64,000 nucleotides of DNA from Fonticula alba ATCC 38817. Taxonomy: Eukaryota > Protista > Nucleariida. The stretch is taken from the NCBI GenBank assembly GCA_000388065.2, contig KB932208.1. The stretch is one strand, 5' to 3'. Shown piece after piece: positions 46,007 to 58,036 of this stretch. The stretch's first letter is position 1. Each line of letters begins with the position of its first letter. The notes under the pieces were generated by a model. That model searched no databases. It saw nothing but the letters and a program-made list of their open reading frames with translations, and was not told the origin of the DNA. Made by a program: the position numbers and the translations under genes.

Positions 46007-49000
46007 CTAGGCAATGGCGTTCAGGGCCGCCAGCAGGCCGAAGAGCTGCCGACGGACGGGGTGCACCTCGGCGGCGCCAGGAGCGGCGGAGCCGGCCCCG
46101 CCAGCATGCGGGAGAGAGCAGAAGGCGCAGGTGGTGAAACCACCAGCCGGGGTCTTGACCAGAGCCCAGTGGTCGGCGGTGAGGATACGCTCGGCCGAGG
46201 AAAGGCGCGCGAGGCAGGGGATGGCCGCGACACGGCCAGCCGCTTCGCTGGTGACCGAGGCCGCCTCGGTCCCGGTGGCCACCGGGGCCAGCGAGGCAGA
46301 TTCGAGGGCCGAGCTGCCCTCGTCATCGTCGGACTCGTCATCAAGATCGCCGGCCGCCTGACGGCGGCGCACGTCGATGCTCTCCTCCACATCACTGTAG
46401 CCGAGGGCATTGTCACACTGGCAGCAGGCCATGCTGGAGCCATCATCGGCCGGCGGAACGGCCGACAGCGGAGCCGGGGCAGCGCCGCTGGCCGCCACCT
46501 GGAGCAGGCGATCCGAGCAGGCGGACACCAGAAGCAGCTGCTCGGCCGTCAGGACAACCTTCAGGTGCTCGTCCACGGCGCTCAGGGTGTCCTGCTCCTC
46601 GTCATCGGACGAGGCGGCCGGCGTCGAAGTGGCCTTGGTGGCGGCATGCAGATCCTGAATGCCCTCCACACGGACAAGACCGCTGTCAGCGAGGAGGCGC
46701 AGCGCGGCGATGGTCGACGACAGGAGGGCATTCTGGGCCACGCTCGGTGCACTCAAGCTGGCAACCGTCGCGAGGGGGCTCACATCGGCCTCGGTGAAGT
46801 GCTTGCGCAGGGCAGCCACAAGGGCATGCGCGGCCTGCTGGCACTGGATGAGGAGCTGCGCTGACAGGGGGGTGGTCAGCGCATTGGAAGCCCCCGTGCT
46901 GGCGGCCGGGCTGAAGGCCGGCTCACTGTACGGGGTGGCCGGGGTCGAGGGAAGGTCCACCTTGCGCTGGGGCAACTTCACACCCGAATCGGAGTCGGAG
47001 TCGGAGTCGGAGTCGGAGTCGGAATCCGAGCTAGACTGCTCCACCTCCATCTCCTCGTCGCTGTCGCTGTCGCTGTCACTTGCGCTGTCGCTATCCGACG
47101 AGTCGGCGGATTCCTTCTGGATCTGTCGGACAACCAGCTGCAGGAGGGCATCCATCGCCGCGACCAGCAGGCGCGCGGCAACCGCAAAGAGCGGCACACC
47201 GCCGGCATCGGCCGAGGGGTACAGCTGCACGGGGTCCGAGCGTGAAAGGAGCGTCGTGAGCCAGGGAACCAGGCCGCCACGAATGAGCAGCGCCCGAACA
47301 GCGGGGTTGGCCGCGGCTGGCCGCCGGGCAGAGAAGCGCATCGGCGAATACATGTCCATGCCTTCGGCGGTGGTGGTGGCGCCAAAGGCATCACCGACAT
47401 CCCGGCGCAGGGCCCCGGCCAGCGTGTCACGCTCCGAGCCAAACAGCGCCCGAGTCAGGAGCAGCATCACAAAGCGCCGAGTGGCCGGCGAAGCCTGGTC
47501 CGAGTCCAGATGCGTCTGGAGCAGGGAGAACACATGCCGACGCTTGTATGGGCGCACATCGTCCACGAGGCCGGGCTGCAGGCTCTCGGCCACCAGGCGC
47601 AAGAGCCACAGACGCTCGCTGCGGAAGTGCTCCGGGGAGGTGGAGAAGAAGAGGTTGTAGAAGAGGGGAACATCCTTCAGGGAGAGAGAGTGGGAGAGAG
47701 AGAGGGGGGGGGGGGAGAGAACGCGCGTGTGTGTGGGGGGGGGGGATGAGGGCGAAAGCAGGGGACAATGTCAGACAACGCTCGAGGGCGCACAGGCCTC
47801 CGGCTGGAGGCCGCTGCTTGAGGGGGGGGGGGGGAGCATGAAAAAACCCCATAAGAAGGGCAATCCAAGAGGAGAAGGGGGCAACGCACATCGAAGAACA
47901 GATGCGACCGCTGGAGGAAGTGCCGGTTGAGCACCGGGAACATGGGATGCTCGGGCTGGAGCATGACCCCAAGAGCCCGGGCCAGGAAGTGCGCCACCAC
48001 CGACGATGCGCGGGGGGGAATGGACTCGGTGTTGATGGGACGCCCACCCGAAGCGGCCAACTCGCAGGCGGAGACCGAATTCCGGAAGATGTCCAGCACC
48101 AAGCACACCTGGGAGCTGTTCCGGAAGGGAGCCTGCGCCACATGCCGACGAAGCAGGGAGAGGGCCGCACCGGCAGCACCACGGACGCACGGCTGCGAGG
48201 AGGACAGGCACACCAGCAGCAGGCTGGCCCAGTTGCTCTCGAAGAGACGACGGAGCACCGGGCCGACCACCGGAGCCCCGGTCTCCGGGGCCACCCAGGT
48301 GTCGGCGCCATCGCGATCAAACTGCCTGCCACCACGGGGCCGGTCCTTGTGTCCGAACACACGGGGCCGCGCACCGACATCCTCACCGGCAGCCAGGGCC
48401 GCATCATGGCGGTCGATGAGCTCGTCCTCGGCGGCGGCCGCGGCGGCTGCGGCCGCCGCACCGGCCGCCCCACTGCGGTCCCGCGGAGGGCGAATATGCG
48501 GGATGGATTGCGCCAGCAGGGCAAAGAGCAGGGGAATGAAGAAGGCCGGGTCATAGGCACCGCGCTGCATGGCCGACCGGCGGCGGGCCCCGTCGGCCTG
48601 GCTGCCACGCGCATCGAAGGCCTCCAGCAGCCCCTCGATGGCCGGGGCCTCCAGGGTGGAAAGCGGATCGAAGGACCGCACACTGGCCGCCATGAGGGTC
48701 GGGTCGACTGCCTGCACAAGACCCTGCACAGTGCCTCGCAGGGCCGCGCGCGACTGCGACACAGACGACCGGGCCATTTCGTCGATGAGCGACGCGGCGA
48801 AGCCCGAGTGCGACAGGGCCAACGGCCCGAGGACCACACAGCCCCACGCCTCCAGGCGCAGGAGAACCGCCAACAGGAGCCGATCCACATGATGCTGAGT
48901 GCCCTGGTACACGCGCAGCAGCCGGGACACCATCGAAGCGGACACCGGCAGGACATCCGCATCGGCCAGGGGGGTCGACCGGCCGCCGATCCCGGCGCGA

Positions 49001-52000
49001 CCGTTGATGTCCATGCGCGATGGCCAGACAAGGTCGGCCGCGCCGGCCAGCAGGGCAGCCGTCGCCTCGACCGCCGGCATAACCCGGGCATCGCGCGAAC
49101 GCAGAACCGCCATCAGGGCCGGAGCCTGGATCACCGCCTCAAAGAAGACGCTCTTGGTGGAGGAGAGAGCCAGGAAGACGCCACGTCCACCGGAGCCGCC
49201 GGTGCGGCCACCGGCCCCATTGGCCCAGGGGCTGATCCGGGGCAGGAGCCCGCGACGAAGGGCATTCAGGGCCGCCGCCAGGAGGGGCACCCTCTGCAGG
49301 GCCTTCACGGCAGCTGGCGTGTCGGCCAGCGAGCCCGGCTCTTGGTGGTCTCCGGGCTGCAGAGCCTGGCAAAGGAGGTCCGCTTGGGTCAGCACAGCGG
49401 TGGCCACCTGCAGGAGGGTGTTCAGGTCGCGCTCGCCCAGGGAACCGGGCTGCTGGAGCAAAAGATCAGTCGTCTCCATCGACGGGACGCCACCGGCATC
49501 GGCACCGATGAATCGGAAGGCCGCCTCGAGAGCCGAGCCTTCCCCCTCGGCCGGGCGCATCTCCACATCGGACGCCGGGGCGGCGTTGGCGAGCGAGGAC
49601 AGCGAATCGGTGATCGATCGAACAAGCTGCTGCTCGGCCGGGCTGGCGGCCTCGGCGCCAGCCGGCGGCAGAGCCCACAGGAGCTGGAGCTTCGGCGTCA
49701 GCAGGGCGCCTGCCGAGAGGACCATGCGTCGAACAACGAGGCTCACATTGGACTCGGCCTTGTTATCGCCGGCGACGTCGGCCATCTGGAAGATGGCCCG
49801 GATGACGGCCGCCTGCTCGTCGTTGGAGAACAGCTTATTCATGGCGAAGAAGAGGATCACCGGGCGCAGAGAGGGGCACTGCATTGAGGCGGGCGGAGGG
49901 AGGGGGAGAGGGGGGGGGGGGGGGGGGGCATTTTTTGTTCAACTTACTTCGGTCAGAATCGATCGCCGAGAGGGCGGCCGGCACGTGGGCAAGAGCCATG
50001 GATGCACGTACATCAGTGGCCGGGCTGGCAGCAAACAGCTCGGTCTGGGCCTTGAGCCAGGCACACAGCTCGCGGTGCTTGGGCTCGGGCAGGAGACCCC
50101 CACTGGCCAGCTCGCACGAGAGCAGGAGGCTCCCGGGCAGGGCGTGCCAGGCAGATGGCGAGAAGAGGTCCTGAGAGGCCAGCTGAGCCAATGCCTCGGC
50201 CGGGGCCACGGTCACCGAGGCCTGGTCCGAGGCGGTGCCAGCCAGCACATGCAGGCGCCGGAAGCAGGCCGTCACGATGGCGGCCAGGGTTTGCTGAGTC
50301 GATGCATCGGCCGACTTGCCGGTCGGCGCGGCGGCCAGACGCTGGATGCCGAGCAGGGCCGCCTCGGAAAGATCACGCGTGGCTGCGCCATTGAGGACGA
50401 CCAGCAGGAAGCGCAGGACCACCGGCCGAGCCAGGACGCCGTGCTCGGCGAAGAAGCGGATCCAGGTGTGCGGCGGGATCTGGACTTGAAGGCTGAGGGG
50501 GTGGTATTTGAGCGGGCCACGAAGGAATGAAATCAACGGGAGGGGGAGGTGCAGGGGGGCGGGGGAGCGGGAAAGGAGGTTAGCAAGCAACCCGAGGGCG
50601 AATCTAGTTGGCGACCGGGGGAGGGGGGGGGGGGGAGGGGGCGCACAGGGGGGCGGATTCGGCCTCCAAGTTGGTAGCCTTCTGGAGGAAGTAATGGCGG
50701 AACCAGAGATACACGCCAGGAGTGGGAGCACCAAGACGCTGGAAATAGACATGGTGGAAGGCGAGGATGGTGGCGGCAGCCAGGAGGAGCGGTCCAGTGG
50801 TCGGGCCATCAGCCGACAGGGCGGCCAGGCGGGCGGGCGGGGTTGGCATGGCATCAGCCTCGGCCACCAGGGCATTAGCCAGGCCAAAGGCCGGGGTCTT
50901 CTCCCAGGCCGACACCGGCAGCAGAGGCAGGATGCGCAAGTGAAGGAGCTGAAGTGATTGCGGCATGGCGCGCAGGATCTCGGCGGTCGGGAAAAGACGA
51001 GCCGGATCGAAGCGCGACTCGATGGCCGCCTCCGGCAAGTTCTGTGCAAAGCTCAGCAGGGCGGACAGCGACGCCAGATACAGAAGAACAGAAGAGGCTG
51101 TGTGCGTATGTGTGTGAGAGGGAGAGGGAGCAGCGGGAGGCGGGCAGGAGAATATATGAGGGCCAGGAAAGGAGCGCACACTTGCGCCCAGCCTGGTGAT
51201 CCGCGGCGAACACCTGGCTCACACGGGCCTGCTGAGCCTGAATCACCTGGAAGTCGGGCAGGCGCCGGCGGAGAAGCTGACGCAGCTCGATGGTCGTCCG
51301 GGTCCAGGCACCAGCAAGCGCATCCCCGGCACCCTCGACCGCGCGATCGGCCTCCTCCAGCAGCGTCACCACACGCTTGAACTTCTGGAAAATGGTGTTG
51401 AGGACGGAAAGGGCGAAATAGCGAACCAGGGGCTCGGTATGTTGCAGAGCCGCACTCAGGGCGGTGCGCGACAGCCAGGTGGGGATGATCAAGTCGGCGA
51501 GGGCCGACGCGGGCAGGGGCTTCGTCGGGTCCTCGAAAGCCGGCGGGTCGAGGGCGATGACCTTGGACATGAAGGTGATGGCCGAAAACCACTTGAGCGA
51601 GGGGCGCGGGTCCGGCGAGAAGGTGAACTGCCGCCAGAAGCTGGGTGACCGGGCATACGAGCGCGGGGGACAAGCCAGGAGGATCAGAGAGAGGACAAAC
51701 CGGACGACGGGTAGAGGATGCGCATCAAACATGCGCGATTGTGTGTGTGTGGGGGGGGGGGAGAGAGAGGGGGGATCGGCATGAGCGTAAGCACAAGCAT
51801 GGGCGTGAGCGCAGATGAGCATGAGTGGGCGTGCCTACCTGGCGGTCAGGAAAGGATGCACGTGCAGGATGCGCATCAGGAGATCCGACTGGCGAAGCTC
51901 CGCCGTGGGGTCCAGCATCCCAAGAACACGCAGAGCCACCGAGAAGGATTGGGGCGTATTGCGGGTCTCCTCGGCCCCGGTAAAGAACTTCACAAAGAGG

Positions 52001-53623
52001 GCATTCCTGGAGGGAAAAAGAGAGAGGAAGAGGAGACACATGGTACGTCAGCAAAAGCCCAGGATGAGGGATGTACCCCGGAGAGGAGCTGCGACGGGGA
52101 AGGCAAACACAAATGGAGGCCGGCGCGGGACGGGGCCGGTGCGGAGAAGGGAAGCATGGCTGGAACGCACGCCTCATGAGTGGTGGGGGCCAGACCAACG
52201 CCGGGCGTGGCAAGCAGGCTGCCGAAGAAGGAATCCACCACATTGACAACCTCAGCCATGCGGGTATCCGCGTCGGGGGTCTGCGGGGCGGGCGCCCAGG
52301 AGAACAGCCGGACCAGGGCCTCCAGCACCGGGCCCAGCAGGAAGCTGGCCCGCTGGGACCGAGCCAGGCGATCATCCACCACCAGCATCTCGAAGAGGCC
52401 CTTGAGAACCTGGAAAACAAGCTACACCGTGCAAACACCGAGTCAGAGGGAGGCGGGGAGAGATGAAGCCACGAAAGGCCAGGATGTCCGATTGGCATGG
52501 GGCGTGCGCCGGCAACAGTGCAACAAGGAAGGCGTACCGGGGCGCTGTCCTGGTTCAGGTCACGCAGAGCCGCGGCGATCGGGGCCTTAAGGGCCAGGGC
52601 CTTCTTCCGGATGGCAGAGCTCTGGCTTCCGCAGAAGCCCATCAGGAAGCCGATGTAGATCCCGCGCGGAGAAGTGTCACCCTGCCAAGCCGAGGGCATG
52701 GCACAGGCTCCCCGCCCGGAGAGGATGCGGTTGAGCGGCTTGAAGGAGAAGTTGAATGTATCCAAGAGCTGGGTGGCGAAGCTGTCACTCAGGCGCTGGA
52801 TGGCGATCAGCGCATGGAGACCGGCCTCCCGGTGGGGGAAGGTTTCGGCGCCCAGAGCGTGGTAGAGCTTCTTGCACTGGTTGGAGGTAAGCAAGAACCG
52901 AGCCAGTGCGATACCAAGAGCTCGGGTCTCGGCCGTCTCGGTGGACAGCTCGATCATGATCGCTGCGATGAGCAGAAGCTGCCCATCAAAGCTGGGCGGG
53001 ACCGACTGAGGAGCTACGTTAGACGATGGGGCTAGAGGAGGGAGGGGGAGAGAGAGAGAGAGAGAGGTGGAGAGAACAGGAGGAGTTGAGGGGGGAAGGA
53101 GCAGGCGAAGGATGATGCTCGGCAGGGGGGGGGGGGGGACAAAATCATGCGCACCTTGGACACGTCGTTGCGCCAATACCAAATGATGGACTCGCCAGCC
53201 GGGTCGAGCTTGGCAAAGTCCACAAGGAAGGTCATTTCCAGGGGCGCAGGCGAGGGATCCGTGTCGATGCCACGGTCGATCAGACACGTCCGCCGAAGAG
53301 CCGGCGCAAAGAGCGGGAGGGCTAGTCGTGGGCGGCATGGGAAGAAGTGGTTAGATAAACAAGGAGACAGAGGGGGGGGGGGAGGGCAGAAAGGCAAAGG
53401 GCCAGGGCAATGCGCTCGATGAGGAGACAGAGGGGGTAGAGGGGGCAGAGGGGGAATGCGCACCCCTGGCCGGGACTTCGGGGTTCGGGTCGAGCAAGAC
53501 CTGATGCAGGGTCCGCGCATTGAGCGTGATGTCGCTGCGAGCACGCTTACCAGGGTGCTGGCCAGCGTGGTCACCCTCGCTGGGCGGAGGGGTCGAGGCC
53601 ACGGCGCGTTTCTTGCCGGACAT
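46007..53623 (-). CDS. URB1: Nucleolar pre-ribosomal-associated protein 1 (URB1/NPA1), multi-exon, >2000 aa
   Basis: N-terminal Npa1-like segment (FNFSFKPLNRIL...RGIYIGFLMGF...ALRDLNQD); EPLVRYFALSVLNTIFQKF; C-terminal NopRA1-like YDPAFFIPLL...DVPLFYNLFFSTSPEHFRSERLWLLRLVAESL...YKRRHVFSLL. Confidence 0.85.
46986..47030 (-). repeat. Coding (GACTCC)n repeat encoding an Asp-Ser tract in URB1
   Basis: (TCGGAG)n on the + strand; SDSDSDSDSDSDSDS in the ORF. Confidence 0.85.
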
Positions 53624-54187
53624 AGTGAGAAGGGGAGAAGCTGTAGGGGAGAGGGGGGGGGGGGGGATGAGAAAGGGAGGGGGAGGAGGGGGACAACTTG
53701 CACGAACGGCCAGGAGGCCAAGCTGGCAGCGTGGTCTCCGAGAAATCCCCAGCCTCGAGATCGGTCATCTCCCGAGCATGCGGAGGGCTGCGAGAGAAAT
53801 GCAAGATGAAGGGAGGGGGGGGGGGCGGGGGGCGCAGACCAAAATGGATGAAAGAAACACCGGCGAACCGGCGCACATGGGCACAGGTGCCCCCGCAGCA
53901 AGAAATGTGCAGGAGAGGAAAAGGCAATCTAGGGGGGTGTATTGTGGTTCGCGTGCGGATGTGCGAGCGTGGCACGCCTGCACCGCGGGGTTGGCCACGC
54001 AGGCGCACCACCAGCCAGCCTCGGACACACGAGACGGGGACGGGGAAGGGGCGAAGGAAGAGAGGGCACACAAGGGCATGGGGGCTGGGCGGGCGCGGGC
54101 GCGGGCGCGGGTGCGGGCGACGGAGGGGCCCACACGCGGGAACCACCGCGCCCGACCGTTGGCAGTAGCTCGGTCGCATATGATCTG

Positions 54188-54715
54188 TCACACGAGGGCC
54201 AGGGTCACGTTGGCGACGGTGGAAATGACAAACAGCCCAACCAGCACCCACCCGAGCAGACGCTCAAAGCGGAAGCCCCGATACACCACATAGATGGTGG
54301 TGATGATCAGGACCACGAAGAGCGTCAGCAGGGAAGTGAGCAGGTGGACGTTCATGCCGACCTGGTACGGCTCGCCGGTGGTGGCGATCAGGAAGGTACA
54401 GGCAATGCCGACACCAAGCAGCATGTTGAGCATGGGCCCGGCGTAGCTGGCGCTGGCGGCCATCTGCGCGTGGCCCATGCGAGCCATGGCGACGTTGGCC
54501 ACCAGATCGCCGACACTGTTGCCCCATGCAAGGACCGTCAGTCCCAGCAGGGTGTCACTGATGCCGATGACCACGCCAAGAGTCTGGAGCAGGGCCACCA
54601 GCTCATTGGCGATGAGGTAGATCCAGACAATGGAGATGAGAAAGGCGGGCCAAGCAAGGAACTGCGGGGCTGATGTGAGAATGAAGTCGCATCGGCAGAG
54701 GGCAGGCGCCGACGG

Positions 54716-54753
<38 letters not shown>

Positions 54754-57700
54754 TGTCCCCCCGCAAGAGGTGGGGCAGGCCCGGCCGGTAGCGGCCGCGC
54801 GCGCAGGGCGGACAGCCGGCTCGCACGCCGCCCCCTGTCGGGCCCTCGTGCCTTGCCGGGACCCTTGCCGCGGGCGGGCGGGCGGCCCGAAGGTTGCCCG
54901 AGTGACCGGGGCCCGGGGGGGAGCAAAACAGGCGGGGGCAGCCGACAATAGGGAGAACGGGGGGGACAGGGAGGGCGGGAGAGCGGGAGACGGAGAAAGG
55001 AGAAAAAGAGGCCGAAACGCACGTTGTACCAGGAGGGGTTTCGCCGAGGGACGAACCAGAAGCAGGCAGCCGCAAGGGGGATGGACAGAAGGAAGACCAG
55101 TAGCGCGAGCGGGAAGTTTGGAGTGCCAATCGGGATGCTCTGGATGCCGATGCCAATGGTGAAGAAGGTCGGAGCCAGGAGACAGTTCAGCGACAGGAGG
55201 ATGTGATTGTACGGCGGCTGGGGGGTGTTGTCATCCTCGCCGGCATCTCCGTCGGCGTCAGAGCCAAGCATCGATGAAAGACCCTCGCCCTGGATGTTCA
55301 GAGCCTCGAGTTCCTTGGGGCAGATGATGGGCTGCGTGTCGAAGGTGAACTCCGACCCGACCGACACCATGGACCCGCGCCGGGCCCCGGCAGCACTGGG
55401 AATCCGCAGGCCCGGGGTCCCATCAGCGGACAGGCAGTCGACTGACAGGGATCGGACAGCCCGCTGTCCGGCCGGGCCCGCCAAGGGCACCACCTCGCCA
55501 CTGGGCACCGGACCGAGATCGGGCGCCGGCAGCTCGGCCAGCAGCTCCTCCTCCTCCTCCTCCAGCAGCTCGCATAGGGGGATGGTCACGACAAAGAGCA
55601 AGTGAACCGGGGCCGAGATGATGGCCGCCACACGAGCCAACATGGTCATATCCTTCCAGTTGGCATACAGCGGGAAGATGAGGCGGATGAAACTGCGCAC
55701 GCGCTCGCGGAGCTGCTGCGCCGAATCGGGGTGGAGCTCCGAAAAATGGGGATCCGCATTGGCATCCGGCACGGTGGGGCCATCGTCGGCCGGGGCAAAG
55801 TGAACCACCGGCGCCGGGGCAATCCAAGTCGAGGTATCGGAAGGGAGCCCGGAGGCCGGGGGCGGAATCGTCGGCCCGGTGTGCGGGGAGGAGACATCCC
55901 CATGGGTGCTCGGGCCGATGCCGCCCGGTAGCGAGGCCACACCAGGCATGGTGGGGTGGCTGGTGGTGTGCTGCGAGAGGCTCGGCGTGGCAGGGGCCGA
56001 GAGGGCCGTCGGCGAGGGGGGACACGAAATTGGCGCCTCGAGGATGGGCGACAGTCGAGCGGAGATGCTGCCCCGGCGAGAGCGGATCCGCGCTGGTGAT
56101 AGAGCTCCAGTGCCAGCGGCGGAGGACCAGCCGCGTGAAATGACCGATGACGGGCTGAGGGGAGGATCATAGATGCCTCCTGGCCCGTAGGAGTAGGCGC
56201 CGGGGGCGCTGTCGGCCGGGCCACCCGGCCCCGGCAGGGAGGAGTATGTGCCATTGGCTTCGCGATCAGCGAGCTTCTCATGGACAAGGTAGTCCTGCTG
56301 GCGCTGCGAGGCAGCTGATGCCAGTTGCAGAGCGGCCGTGATGGAGCGAACACGCGGCCGGCCCGAGAGATTGTTCTTGAAACCGGAGGACGGCGACACA
56401 GGGGCAGGGAGGTGATGGTAGCCGGGATGCGGGTCGGTGGAAGCCGGTGCACTTGGCGGCGAGCTGGACACAACGATGGCCGGGATCATGAACGAGGTGG
56501 TGTTGCCATCCAGCGACAGGGGCTCGGTCGGGGGAGGGAGCGATGGTGGTGGCGGGGAGGAGGAAGAGGACGACATCACGGGCATGAAGGACTCCGGGTC
56601 CTGGAGGTAGGGATTGTCGAGGGAAGTGGTGGACATCAGGGGAGCCTGCTTCTGGGCCAGATCTTCGGTTGAGGAGGAAGCTGACATGCTGGCCTGGCCA
56701 TTGGTCTCCTGAGCGGCGATGGCCTTCCGGCGCTTGTGATGCTGATAGATCTTGCGGCCAATGATGACGATGGCCGCGTAAATGACATACCAGGCCACCA
56801 GGAAGAGAGACTCCCACAGCTCCAGCTGGCCATCATACAGGACAACCATGACAATGATCTAGTGGCCAAGGGTGAGAGGTGGTTTGTAAGGGGTAGGTTG
56901 AGCGAAAGGAGGGCCAAATGGCTGCGCCAGAGTGGAGAGGGGCGCAACGACGGGAGGAGGTGGAGAGGGACAGAAGAAGGAAGAAAGAAGGAACGACATA
57001 CCAGGGCGATGAAGTACATGCCGACGTCACGGAGGAACGGCCGGCGAGTAACGCGGAATTCGGAAACCAAGGTAATGCCACCCACAACGACGGTAGTGAT
57101 GAAGACACCAGCGCCGAGGACCTCGCCGAAAGCGAGCTCGAAGGAGCCACGAAGGGCAGCCACCAGTGTGCTGAAAATGTCGGGGGCGCCATTGCCAAAG
57201 GCAAGCAAGGTGACACCAGCTACATTCTCGGAGAGCTTTTTTTTCATGTGCGTGCGCGTGTGCGTGTGCGTGCGCGTGTGCGTGTGCGTGTGCGTGCGCG
57301 TGTGCGTGTGCGTGTGCGTGTGCGTGTGCGTGTGCGTGTGCGTGCGCGTGTGCGTGTGTGTGCGCGTGTCCGTGTCCGTGTCCGTGTCCGTGTCCGTGTA
57401 CTGTCAATACATAGGAGGGGGGAATTCACAAGGGGGGGGGGGCGGGATTGAGAAGGGCGCACCTTGAGGTCGCTGGAGATGACGTTGAGAGACTGACAGA
57501 AGAAGCTTTCAGCCGCCACACCCAGGGCCACGAAGAGATAGAGAAGCCAGAGGACTTGGATGATGATGGAGAACCATGCGGCATTGCTCAAAGCACAGTA
57601 GTGCAGGTGGAAATAGTCGAAGATCGACGAGCCCGAACTGCAATACTCCATGACCAGATCGCAGGAGTTCGGCAAGTTAACCACGTCGCGGCACTGGAGA

Positions 57701-58036
57701 GCGGAGGGGAGAGAGAGAGAGAGGGGGGGGGAGGGAGGAAGGTTCATGGAAAGGCGCGAAAGCAGGGAGGAAGCTGGTCAGAACAAGGGCGTGGCAGCGA
57801 TGGCGGAGGGGCAGGGTCCAGGCGAAGCCGGAAGATGCTGCATCTGCGAGGCGTACTGTCAGTGCAGCGCTGGAGGAGGCTTCGGAGCCGGAAGCCAGGG
57901 ATCGAGCGGCGAGGGTGACCGCATGGCTGGCACTGCTCGGCCCACCAGTGTGATCAGCAGTTGAGTAGAGGGCAATTACCAGACATAGCCCGACGGCCGC
58001 GGATATCACCTTTCTCGGCGACAGCCGGAGCTTCAT
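54188..58036 (-). CDS. Cation/Ca2+ exchanger of the CCX/NCLX (SLC8B1, yeast Ecm27-like) family, multi-exon
   Basis: Signal anchor, then Cys motif CRDVV...SC...YC...DYFHLHYC; alpha1 repeat [22 protein letters not shown]; alpha2 repeat [18 protein letters not shown]; [19 protein letters not shown] and GNSxGD are the CCX signatures. Confidence 0.9.
57247..57399 (+). repeat. Hexamer satellite (GTGTGC/GTGCGC)n grading into (GTGTCC)n, inside a CCX intron
   Basis: About 25 hexamer units, mostly alternating purine-pyrimidine. Confidence 0.93.
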
